Assembly (NCBI RefSeq): GCF_006345805.1
Contig: NC_043005.1
Location: 45,012,001 to 45,076,000, forward strand
Direction of reading: 5' to 3'
From: Octopus sinensis
Lineage: Eukaryota
DNA: 64,000 bases
Part shown: positions 39,256 to 51,010 of the stretch, one piece after another
Numbering within the stretch: the stretch's first letter is position 1
How the letters are laid out: each line of letters begins with the position of its first letter
Made by a program: the position numbers and the translations under genes
Notes under the pieces: generated by a model
Database searches by the model: none
Told to the model about the DNA's origin: nothing
Seen by the model: only the letters and a program-made list of their open reading frames with translations

Positions 39256-40464
39256 GAAAGGATTTGGATTAAATATACCATATGTTCTGTAACATTTATT
39301 GAGCACTCCCTTCTTCATGTGTTGACAAAAAGACAATACCTGGATATATTTTGTGTGTGTGTGTGTAGGCTGGTGCATTAACAGAATCATTATGGAGCCA
39401 GAAAAAGTTCCCTATGATATTTATTGCAGCCCTTTTAGACTCTTGAGCTCAAATTCTGCAGAGGTTAACTTTGCTGTTCATTTTTTCCCAGGGTTAATAA
39501 AATAAAAAAAAGGACCAAATTTTGGCCTTAAGTCTATACGATAAATCGTTATTGTTGTGTTGTTGTTGCTGCTGCTGTAAGTTGTTGTTGTTTTTGATGA
39601 TAGTTTTTGGGTAGAATTAGATTTACCATATTAAATTTGAGAAGGCAGTTTTCTTCTCTCTCTCACCCCCTCTCTCTCTCACTCTCTCTCTCTCTTTCAC
39701 CCTCTCTCTTGTGTATGTGTGTGTTTATCTCATATTGCCAACAAAAGACTTTAGAAAATTTAAGCATTATGGTTAAAAATGTAATTCTCTCCTTGGATAT
39801 TTTATATTTTGGTAACTGTTGTTTACTTATAATTTATTATGTCTTCCCCTAGAGGAGTGGGAAAAGCAGTTAATCACAAATAGATATGGAAACACAACCC
39901 TAAACCATTCAAGGCAATTTTGCAAAGTTTGCGAATAAAAATACATATTAAAAATGCTAACAGGAAAAATATTATTACAACTGACATGATTGTGAACACT
40001 AACAAATACAAAGAATAAAACATATCTTTAATAACGTTATTAACAAAACAATCACAATAGCTTTGTTAATGATTACTAACCAGACATTGGCTAACATCAA
40101 CTCTTGTGAGGGGGAAAAAAAAGAACAAATCCTTCTTTCCTGAGGAATTCTTCTAGGAAAGTTACAGCCTACTGTTTTTCCAGAGATGGAGATTTTCATT
40201 TGCATCCAAAGGTGCAACTGGAAGAAACCTTAACCAATGTTGGCATCAATGAAGGTGGAGCATACAGAAGTGTGTACTGGGTCTTCAAGATGCAAAGAAG
40301 GTGAGGTGGCAGGCTACTGGATTTGTACCCCTACAGACAGGTGCATCATTAAATGGGGAGATGCTACATAAAAGTCACGACCAAAGAGATTGGTATAGTT
40401 GAGTTAATCCTTAGTTTGCCCTTACCTTTGTGATACAATATAAGATGGTAGTGAACCTATTTCT

Positions 40465-40690
40465 GTATTACCCACAAGGGGCTAAACATAGAGGGGACAA
40501 ACAAGGACAGACATAGGTATTAAGTCGATTACATCGACCCCAGTGCGTAACTGGTACTTTATTTATCGACCCCAGAAGGATGAAAGGCAAAGTCGACCTC
40601 GGCGGAATTTGAACTCAGAACGTAACGGCAGACGAAATACCGCTAAGCATTTCGCCCGGCGTGCTAACGTTTCTGCCAGCTTGCCGCCTT
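40465..40690 (-). mobile_element. SINE family B, young CpG-rich copy
   Basis: CpGs retained throughout (gtcgattacatcgacccc, gtcgacctcggcgg, ttcgcccggcgtg). Confidence 0.9.
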
Positions 40691-41031
40691 TTCCCTAAGA
40701 TGGTAGTGAACATGTAGGCAACATACAGTGAAATGTGATACAAAGAAATCTTCAAAATCTTTTTCCTTATGTAATCTTGAAAACCCTTGAGAACCATGTC
40801 TCTAAAGGCCATCAGGACCAATTGTTTGGGGACATGAGCTGTATTATTCTGCTGAGTCTTGATTATGGTGCAACAGTGGTTTGGTTCTCAGCTAGGGTCC
40901 ATATGACCCATGGAAGATTTTGTTGTTAAAATGTATGTGCAATGAAGTGGTTACTCTTCTATTATACACAAAATATTTTAATTTTTTACACAATTCCTAA
41001 TATTTTATCATAAAAATATAAGATCTTTTAA

Positions 41032-41612
41032 CTCTTTAGCATTCAGTTTATTCTGTCAAATGTCTTGCTAATTTATTCACATTTGTTTTGAATTGGAAGG
41101 CGCATGGAAGGCGCATGGCTCAGTGGTTAGAGCGTCGAGCTTACGATCGTGAGGTTGTGAGCTCGAATCCCGGACCGGGCTGCGTGTTGTGTTCTTGAGC
41201 AAGGCACTTTATTTTCACGTTGCTCCAGTTCACTCAGCTGTAGAAATGAGTTGCGACGTCACGCATGCCAAGCTGTATCGACCTTTGTCTTTCCCTTGGA
41301 TAACACTGGTGGCGTGGAGAGGGAGGCTGGTATGTATGGGCGACTGCTGGCCTTCCATAAACAACCTTGCCCGGACTTGTCTAGGAGGGTAACTTTCTAG
41401 GTGCAATCCCATGGTCATTCATGACCGAAGGGGGTCTTTACCCTGTTTTGAATTAATCATGGACTGTCTTGTAGCTTTGAGATTTTGATGATGTGGCTGT
41501 TTATTTTTAGAATGTCATTGTAGGGTAGGTGTGAAAGACCAGACCTGGCCAGTTTGAACATAAAACAGGCAAAATATTTTGGCTGGATATGGCCAGTTTA
41601 AATGCTAAAATG
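41032..41612. mobile_element. piggyBac-type MITE interrupted by a SINE
   Basis: TTAA|ctctttagcatt ... aatgctaaaatg|TTAA; body shared with 50193-50395 and 53893-54111. Confidence 0.65.
41095..41443 (+). mobile_element. Young tRNA-derived SINE
   Basis: A box tggctcagtgg, B box gagctcgaatcc, CpG-rich; 11-bp TSD TGTTTTGAATT (41084-41094, 41444-41454). Confidence 0.9.
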
Positions 41613-41981
41613 TTAAACATCGAATGGCTATGAAGGGCCACCCAACTAAAATAGGGATCAAGGAAATCCACAAGCAAAAAATAGTTGAGAACCACTGATG
41701 TACAGTATAAGTTATATTATGTGGTGATAATCCTGTTAAGTATATGTTGTGTAAGCTATGCTAATTTCTCATGTGGTTATTGTGTAGAAAACATATTGTG
41801 TGGAAAGTGTACATTATGTGAACTGTATCAAGGAACTGAAAATGTCCTTGCATAGAATTATCCACCACAATTCCCTTGGGGTGGAAAACTAAAGTTTGTC
41901 CTTGGACATTTTGTTTCATTTATCTTATATTTCGTAAGCTTTCATTTTCTCATGTTCCAATATGGTTTTTTTTCTTATTGG

Positions 41982-42919
41982 ATGCCCATGCAGACATCAT
42001 ATAACCATATATTGATTTGTTTTATCATTTAACTTGTGTCCAGCTTAAAGATGACAACATGCCAAAATTCAAGTCACCACCAACAGTCGTAGCTTGTTGC
42101 AGCACTAATCTGTGGACAGGTTCGTGGTGCACTAAACTTTACCTGTCACCTTGTTTCTTTCCTCTATCTTAAAAACCAGGTATACACTTCTATACACCTT
42201 ATTCCAGTCGATGGGAAAACCTACGCACATTAACAGTAATGAACGTGTGTGCTTCCAGAAATTTGGAAAACTTTTGAAAGCAAAATAACGATTTAAAAAG
42301 AAAGTCAAGAAGGAAAATAATGAAATTTAATAATGCTGTCAACTGATAATTCCGCAAACAGATATGTTTTGTATAATGGACGTATATTAACACATACATA
42401 TAGCAATGAACAATTTTTTAGTTCCAAGAAAATCAGCAGTTGAAATACTTTCATCAGTATTGTAAGCCAATAGGATACAAGAATCAGCTCAACAAAAGAA
42501 AACAATGTGGAAGAGGTATGTCAAAAAAAAAAAGAACTGATTACAAAGGGCAAAGATAAATGTGCCACCACTCCTATTCAAAAACAGGGGGGTTTCTCTA
42601 GATAGTCTTAAAGGAGTAGCAGGAGAAAACACTAGTAAATGTATAGTACAAGGCTTTTCCATCGACTGGAGTAAGGTGTATTGAAGTGTATACCTAGTTT
42701 TTAAGATCAAGGAAAGAAACAAGGTGATGGGTAGAGTTTAGTGCTCCACAAGCCTGTCCACAGATTAGTGCTTCAATATATTGGGTAACAGAAATACAAG
42801 GATTACAGCTATGACTGTTGGTGGTGACTAGAATTTTGGCATGTTGTCATCTATAAGCTGGAAACTAGTTAAATGGTGAGACAAAACAAAATGTAGTTAT
42901 ATAATGTCTGCATGAGCAT
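41982..42919. mobile_element. Foldback-type element with inverted arms of about 240 bp
   Basis: 41982-42222 is the reverse complement of 42651-42919 (about 30-bp insertion in the right arm); spacer about 430 bp; no ORF. Confidence 0.8.
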
Positions 42920-43141
42920 GTAAGCCCCAGTATAGAACATCCAGTTGCTATGTTACAAATTATTGTTGTTGTCATAATTATTGTTATTCAACTGTCTAAT
43001 TTTGTTGTGTTCCTTCTCTGCACCACTAATTGTAGCTCTATTGTGTATCTCAGGTATGTGTAATGCTCTGTTTTGGTTTTTTAACTTTTACTGCATTCCA
43101 AGTGCTCTAAGTAATATCTGTACCACTTTCAGTATGATATG

Positions 43142-43439
43142 TTTGTTCCTTCTCGAGTCATGCCTGGCTCATTAGGGCCGGTTCCCCAGTTTCCTTGCTG
43201 TATAGGTTCCCCACCTGGATGGTATGCCAGTCTGTCACAGGTGAGCTGCAAGATGCAGGAGGAAAGAGTGAGAGAAAGTTGTGGCAAAAGAGTAAGCAGA
43301 AGTTCGCCATTACCTTCTGCTGGAGCTGTGTGGGCTTAGGTGTTTCACTCATAAACACACACATTGCCTGGTCTGAGATTCGAACCCATGATTCCTCGAC
43401 TGCGAGTCCACTACTCAAACCACTAGGCCATGTGCCTCC
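43142..43439 (-). mobile_element. tRNA-derived SINE, family E
   Basis: Reverse of the 46360 family; TSD tcagt(a/g)tgatatg (43129-43141, 43440-43452). Confidence 0.85.
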
Positions 43440-43856
43440 TCAGTGTGATATGCATATTACTAAATCTGGGCATTTTGGTTATATATGTGAATGTTTTTTG
43501 ATCATTACCAAAGCACCTGTTATTATAGGGATTACTTCTGTTGCTGCAGATTCAAAACTGAATCACAATCAAACCACAGTAGTTTCATCTGATTGGTCTA
43601 TTAAGAGACCAATCAGTGACAAGCCATTGCATGATTCAATTTTCTAAAACTTTCTCATTGTGCCCTATATAAAGGTAGTTTTTTTGGCTGTAATCACAGA
43701 GTATCAAGACAGCCACTTGATATCTCCATTTTCATCACCACATCCTGCTGATGGCAAAGAGAAGATAGGAACTTTTGTCACTCTGAATATAGTGCAATCA
43801 TTTTCCAGTTGTGATGAGCCAGCCACAGACTGCTATATACCAGTTAAATTGTCATA

Positions 43857-44090
43857 AGGCGGCGAGCTGGCAGAAACATTAGTGAGCCAGGCGAAATGCT
43901 TAGCGATATTTCTTCTGCCATTACGTTGTGAGCTCAAATTCCGCCGAGGTCAATTTTGCCTTTCATTCTTTCGGGGTCGATAAATAAAGTACCAGTTATG
44001 CACTGGGGTCGATGTAATTGACTTAATCTCTTTGTCTGTCCTTGTTTGTCCCCTCTATGTTTAGCCCCTTGTGGTCAATAAAGAAATATA
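43857..44090 (+). mobile_element. SINE family B
   Basis: aggcggcgagctggcagaaacattag...gagctcaaattccgccgaggtc. Confidence 0.85.
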
Positions 44091-44497
44091 TATACCAGTT
44101 TAATTGTCACAAATCCCAGTAGTGTGTTTCTCCCAGTGTGTAATTATCACTGTTAGTATTTGTAAAAACCAACACAGAAAATACTATGTGTAGTAATAAA
44201 AGAAATATTAAAATTACTAAGTCTCTCTAAAAGGAGGTTACGGCAGCGTTAATGGAAATTAATAGTTATCGCCATACTAATATGGCAGTCTTATAAATAT
44301 AAGACTAAAGCTGTCGCTGATTAGCTCCAAGAGGCCACTGCCTCAAGCTAGCTATTTGAGACACGAACCTGCGTCCATTACAAACCTTCGAACAAGGGAG
44401 GTCAGCCGCTTCATCCTGCCAGTCAGACAGTTTTCTGTTAATCATTCATGAATGTTGTTAATTACCTTTACACACAGCCCTAGAAATACATTTTCAT

Positions 44498-44811
44498 TCA
44501 CCAGCAGCAAACCACTACTTGTGTCACTGATTTTGTGGTGGTAGTAGTAGTAATGGTGGTTATGGTCATTGTAGAGAAAGTAGTGTTGGTGGTGATAGTT
44601 GTAGTAACAGCAGCAACAGTAGCACCAGTAGTAGTAGTAGCAGTAGTAATGGTTGTGGTCATTGTAAAGAAGGTGGAAGTGGTGGTAGTGGCAGTTGTAG
44701 TAGTAGTAGTTGTGGTCATTGTAGAGTAGGTGGTGGTGGTGGTAGTAGTAGTAGTAGTAGTGGTGGTTGTGGTCATTGTAGAGCTAGTGGTGGTGGTAGT
44801 AGCTGTAGTAA

Positions 44812-44868
<57 letters not shown>

Positions 44869-44871
44869 CAG

Positions 44872-44911
<40 letters not shown>

Positions 44912-44938
44912 GGTGGTGGTTGTGGCCATTGTAGAGAA

Positions 44939-44976
<38 letters not shown>

Positions 44977-45080
44977 CAGCAGCAGCAGCAGTGGTGATGG
45001 TTGTGGTCATTGTAGAGAAGGTGGTGGTAGTAGTAGTAGTGATGGTGGTGATTGTGGTCATGGTAGAGAAGGTGAAAGTG

Positions 45081-45118
<38 letters not shown>

Positions 45119-45162
45119 TGTGGTCATTGTAGAGCTAGTGGTGGTGGTAGTAGCTGTAGTAA

Positions 45163-45219
<57 letters not shown>

Positions 45220-45222
45220 CAG

Positions 45223-45262
<40 letters not shown>

Positions 45263-45289
45263 GGTGGTGGTTGTGGCCATTGTAGAGAA

Positions 45290-45327
<38 letters not shown>

Positions 45328-45428
45328 CAGCAGCAGCAGCAGTGGTGATGGTTGTGGTCATTGTAGAGAAGGTGGTAGTAGTAGTAGTGATGGTGGTGAT
45401 TGTGGTCATGGTAGAGAAGGTGAAAGTG

Positions 45429-45463
<35 letters not shown>

Positions 45464-45580
45464 TGTGGCCATTATAGAGAAAGTGGTGGTGGTGGTGGTG
45501 GTGGTGGTGGCAGCAGCGGCAGCGGTAGCAGTGGTGGCAGTGGTGGCAGTGGTGGTGGAAAATGCCATAATGGTGTCAGT
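44498..45580. repeat. Compound trinucleotide minisatellite with a 351-bp internal duplication; open Thr/Ala-rich frame on the minus strand
   Basis: (GTA)n/(GCA)n/(GTG)n runs punctuated about 12 times by gtggtcattgtagagaagg variants; gagctag at 44781 and 45132 gives the 351-bp period. Confidence 0.9.
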
Positions 45581-46359
45581 GATGGTAGCTATGCTGGAAG
45601 ATATCAGTTATGAAGGTAGAGAGTTGGCAATAGAGGGACTTATTTCTATTTTCAAAGTCGAATTTATAAATTGCTTTGGTCAACCCTATAGAAAGATAGG
45701 GCTAAGTAACAGAACTTAATAGCCAGAAAAAACTGATAAAATGTTATTTGATCATAAGTCTGTGGGTAGACACCGACCAATAATAGTTCAATAGTTAATC
45801 ACGCTATCTTAGATTTGAGATTATAGGAAATAGCATAAATGGTTGAAAATATCTATAATGTTCTATTCCAGTTTCTAAGAAGGATAAAATCTGATTTCTA
45901 TTCTTTTTGACTAGATTAAAAATAAGGTTAATTACTGAGGCATAAACTTTATTGGAAATCAGCGTTTCTGAAATGCCAAGTTAAGTTCTGAAACCTATAT
46001 AAGATTTTGAGAAATTACTGGAAATGGTTCTACATTGAATAATATTGGTGCACTGAAGACAGTGGTGTAACAATTACACATTTATCATTGATACCTTCAA
46101 CGAAAATGATATTGAACTTGATTAAATGCATTCACTGATAGCATCATTGACAATAAGTTCTAGCTTGCAGAGAATAAGATAAGTATAAATTATTTAGTTG
46201 GCAAGGTAGAGCTAAATGCTAGACAGAACTGAAATGAAGAGAGAAAATATATTAGAATTAAAGTTATCGAGTACTTCTTCCAAGAGAGAATTGAAGTAAT
46301 ATCAAATTTTGCTGAAAGTATGAGGTCATGGAAATTAAGGGATCATAGACTATTGATCA

Positions 46360-46679
46360 TGGAGGCACAATGGCCCAGTGGTTAGGGCAGAGGACTCGCA
46401 GTCGGAGGATCACGGTTTCGATTCCCAGACTGGGCGTTGTGTGTGTTTATTGAGCGAAAATACCTAAAGCTCCACGAGGCTCCGGCAGGGAGTGGTGGAG
46501 ACCCCTATTGTACTCTTTCGCCCCAACTTTCTCTCACTCTCTCTTCCTGTTTCTTGAGTAATGTTGCAATGGACTGGTGTCCCATCCAGCTGGGGGGAAC
46601 ACATGCACCACAGAAACCAGGAAACCAGGCCCATGAGCCTGGCTAGACTTGAAAAGGGTGATGTTTATCATTTTTTCTT
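46360..46679 (+). mobile_element. tRNA-derived SINE, family E
   Basis: A box tggcccagtgg, B box ggtttcgattcc; 14-bp TSD TAGACTATTGATCA (46346-46359, 46680-46693). Confidence 0.9.
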
Positions 46680-48139
46680 TAGACTATTGATCAAGGTTTA
46701 GCATTTTCCTTTCCTGTTTCCCTGTTCTCTTTTCTGTCTTGCCATATAACTCAGTAACCTTACTGGTAATATTGGCATAAAGAGAAAATAGTGCCCAGTA
46801 CACATTTTGTTAATACACATTTGGTGTTAGGGAAGAGCTTCCAGCCATAGAAACCATGCCAAAGCTGACATTGATGGAACTTGGTGCAGCCCTGTAGCTT
46901 TGAATCCTGTCAAACTAATCAACCCATTCCAGCATGGAGGATGAATGTTAAATGATGATGATGATGATGATGCTAGGAATCCATATAGATGGAAGCCAAA
47001 TAGATTCTGATGCAACTGGTTTAAGAACTAAAAGTAACTAATAACGAAGATAGCATATTACAAAAGAATAATGGAAGACAAACTCTCAAATATTTTCTAG
47101 CAATGTTAGCAAAGACTTCATATCCCAGATATTATCCTCAGACAATGTCACAACAATTAAAACTTACTTGCTTTGTAATTTCATCTTCATCTTTTATTAG
47201 TTTCTATTTTCTCTTATAAGTTTTAGTTACTGTTCATTAAGATTACTCATACAAAGCCATACGAATATTTTGACAGTACACACAAATTAATCTTGTATAA
47301 CAAGCGTTTATGATGATTAGACACAAATTAAACAAAGTAAATATTGCTTTTGTTTGTTTGTTTTATTTTTCATCTTAGATTGGCACAGGGCCACAAATTT
47401 GCTGACAATGTACAATAAATTAAACCATTCCAAATACTTAACGGGTATTAATATTTTATCAACTCCACAAGGGTGGAAAGCAAAACCAACCTAATCTAGG
47501 ACCCTAAAGGAATCAATGTAAATCACAATCTAAAAATACAATCCAAGACACACTCTAAAAGAGTAAAGACATACAATGGAATTGAAATACAATAAAGGAT
47601 TTGGCCTGGTATTTTATTGTTTCTGCTTTGACAATCTCCAGAGAAGCTGAATGTTAGCAATTAATACAAGCAGTGTTCTAGCCTTCTAATTAATTTAGAA
47701 AAGATGACTAATTAGCAGGGAAAACTTGAAAAGAAAAAAACTGTTCAAATAAAAATATTATTAGTATGACTACTGTTCAGAAATTAAGAAATTCTAGTTT
47801 TCACTAAAGCCAAATCTTGTGAAGCAAGATTTTTGTTTGGTTGTTTGGTGAAACTGAAAAAAGAGTTGTAACTGAAAAGGTACCCAGAAAGTAGGTACCT
47901 CTTGAGTCATTATGACCAGCTGTACTGCATGTCAAACCAATTTCATGCACATGCATCATTTTTTACAAGTATCATGACAAGCAATTAAAAATGGATATTT
48001 TTAATGATAGAAAGATATTGAATAAATGTGGATAAACAATGACAGCCAAAAACAAAAGAAGAATTACATTAAAATAATTTTCTTATAAATCTAGTTGGGT
48101 AGGTTTAATGCTATCATCATCATTATTATTTTCATTAAG

Positions 48140-48350
48140 ATGGCAAGCTGGCAGAATCGTTAGCATACCAGGCAAAATGCTTCACAGTATTTTGTTCATC
48201 TCCACATTCTGAGTTCAAATTCCATTGAGGTTGACTTTATCTTTCATACTTTTTGAGTCAATAAATTAAGTACCAGTGAAACACTGGAGTTGATGTAATA
48301 GACTAGTCCTCTCCCCAAACATTTCTGGCCTTGTGCCTTTAGTAGATAGG
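48140..48350 (+). mobile_element. SINE family B, decayed
   Basis: tggcaagctggcagaatcgttagcata-caggcaaaatgc...gagttcaaattcc. Confidence 0.75.
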
Positions 48351-48898
48351 ATTATTGTTATTATTACTTTTGAGTGATAAGGGTACATCAGGCACATGCA
48401 TCACAACCACATGTGTGTGACATGGTAATCTCATATCATGATAAACAGTGCATTACCTTGCAGATGGGGCCCAGTATGAATTTTCTTCAGGTTGAGTAAC
48501 CCATCCTGCTCAAAAGGTCTCTGAATAAGGTTTGTTTGAGGATGATGAACGAAACACTCAGAGGTGAATTATTCAAACCCCAAAGAATTCCTCTCAACAC
48601 ATGGCTATGATGCTCCCCCACTATTTCTGCACATGATCAGAGATGCACATATCATCAGACACAAAAGGACATGCTTAACTGGATAAGGTCAAACAACTGA
48701 CAAGCAAATCTGTGGTACTGAGCAGAATATTTGCTGTAGCTCATCTTTTATACCCAAGACAAATCATGTACATGATAACACTTCAAATCAGTTAAGATCA
48801 AAAGCCATGAGGGTCACTGCCTGATACTGCAACAGGGATTGATTATTGTTATCATCATCATCATCATCATCAACATCATCATCATCATCATCATCATC

Positions 48899-48938
<40 letters not shown>

Positions 48939-50192
48939 TGACAGAATCAACTTTACCTTTTATCACTCTGAGGGTCAATGAAATAAAAAATATTAGTCAA
49001 GTTAAGGACTCAGTGTAATCAACTTGCCCTGCCCCTCAAAATTGCTGGCATTGTGTCAAAATTAGAAAGAATTATCATTATCATTATTATTATTTAATTT
49101 ATTATTTTTCATTTATTTATTTTTTGAGCTACCAGAATTTAATAAACCAATTTAGCCAGTAATAATGGCTAAAATAATTTCTTTGAAAGGGCAGTCTTCA
49201 ACCAGCTTTCTCTACAGATATGGTTTCTGAACAATTATTATCTGTACCTGATACTACAGAGATTTTATTGATTAAAAAATTCACAAACAGATATAAAGTC
49301 AAACAAGTAATCTTTGACAATATTTGCATCAGAATTAGCCTCTATTTACATTGAGAAAATAAAAACTTGACAAAATTCTAGTAACACATTGTAGGGAACA
49401 AAAACAAATATATTCATTAAAAAGTAAATAATCTAGTTCCCTTCTTTGTTTCAGAGAATTTTTGCAAAATAGGACTGATCATAATAAACTTATGTGTTCC
49501 ATTTGAAAATTTCTAGGGTGGATGGGGTGAATCAAGATTGGAATATAAACTAAAATTAGTCACAAGATTTCTTTAATTTTTTTTTTCTTAATTTATGTAT
49601 TAATTCAAATAATGTTGTTCTTATGAAGATCAAATTAAAACATCAAAGTATTATACAAAGGCTTAACACTGAAGAACCACATAACTCTTAAAACGTTTTT
49701 GTCTTAATTTTTCATCTCAATTTTCATTTTATATGAAGACTTCAAAGAGACAAGTGTCACACATAAAGTGTCAAAGAACATAATTTTTACAGCCAGATAA
49801 CCTTTTGAACATCAAGTCTTCTATATCATAAAGTGGGATTTTTCTGGTTATATAGAGTGAGTTACCTAAATCTGAGGCCACACCACCATGTTCATATCTA
49901 CGTTTGAACGTTAACTTCAGAGAAAATGAGCCCAGAAATTTAATCACTTGGTTTAATCGCTAACATTTTTTTTTAAAGAATTATTTCCCATAAAGTTGAC
50001 ATTCCTTTCCTATACTCACTGAGCCATTAATTATCTTTTGTACTGAATAAACTTATCCTATTACTTGACTGTGGAGAATATTAAATAATTTGCATTCTAG
50101 AAAAAAAAAGAAATAAAATTTGAACTACTAATGAAATTGAAAGTAAATTTTAAATGAGGATGTTAAAAATGTTTACTAATAGGTGCACTTAA

Positions 50193-50395
50193 CCCTTTAG
50201 CATTTAAACTGCCCATGTCTGGTCCAAGTATTCTACATGTTTTATATTCAAACCAACCAGATTTGGCCTCTCACATTCTAAAAATAAGCAATTACTTCAC
50301 TGAAATCTCAAAGCTACATGATGGTGTATGGTTAATTCTAAACAATCAGAATAAATAAGCAGTACATTTGACAGAGTAATCTGAATGCTAAAGGG
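50193..50395. mobile_element. piggyBac-type MITE
   Basis: TTAA|CCCTTTAGCATT ... AATGCTAAAGGG termini. Confidence 0.75.
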
Positions 50396-50789
50396 TAGGA
50401 AATTCAAGTGGATGGATACCTGTGGAAGATGGAATAGTTGGCAATAATATATCTGATTTCTGTTAATCAAATCTTGTTAATCAGTTAATTTAGTGAACAA
50501 CTCTATTTTACTGCTGCTAATTATTCTGTTATTGAATGTTGGATTATGGGTAGAAAGTGATGTAGTATTTGTTCTGACTCTCTCTCCTCTGACTTCAAGT
50601 CCCACTGAAGTCATTTTTGTCTTTCGTCCTTTTGGTGGTCAGTCAGTGTCTTGGTGAAAACGTTAAAGTTTTAGTCAAGATTCTTAGTGGTATCTGTAAC
50701 CAACTCTTTTTGCCCCCATTCAACATATGTTGGGGCAGATAAATAAACAACCTTAACGAAAAGAGGCCTGAAAGAATCCCTTGTTTATT

Positions 50790-50887
50790 GGATCATCATC
50801 ATCACCATCATCACAACCACCACCACCACCACCACCACCACCACCATCACCATCACCTTCATCACCATCACCTTCATCATCATCACC

Positions 50888-50962
<75 letters not shown>

Positions 50963-51010
50963 GTCGTCGTCGTTGTCATCATCATCACCACCACCACGAC
51001 CATCATCATC
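50790..51010. repeat. (CAT)n/(CAC)n microsatellite
   Basis: Direct trinucleotide runs; source of the poly-D/H/S/M ORFs. Confidence 0.95.

Larger units (their letters stand above)
40874..41697. mobile_element. hAT-like non-autonomous element hosting nested insertions
   Basis: cagtggtt(tggtt)ctcagct ... agttgagaaccactg termini; no matching TSD seen. Confidence 0.55.

Noticed and set aside
40183-40300. Plus-strand candidate exon DGDFHLHPKVQLEETLTNVGINEGGAYRSVYWVFKMQR
   Set aside because: Good splice signals but no recognisable homology or partner exons; such chance matches occur on both strands.
44730-45719. 329-aa Val/Ala-rich plus-strand ORF
   Set aside because: Antisense mirror of the trinucleotide array; no independent coding signal.
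41095-46679. tRNA genes at SINE heads
   Set aside because: A/B boxes are present but there is no complete cloverleaf; each continues into a SINE body with TSDs.
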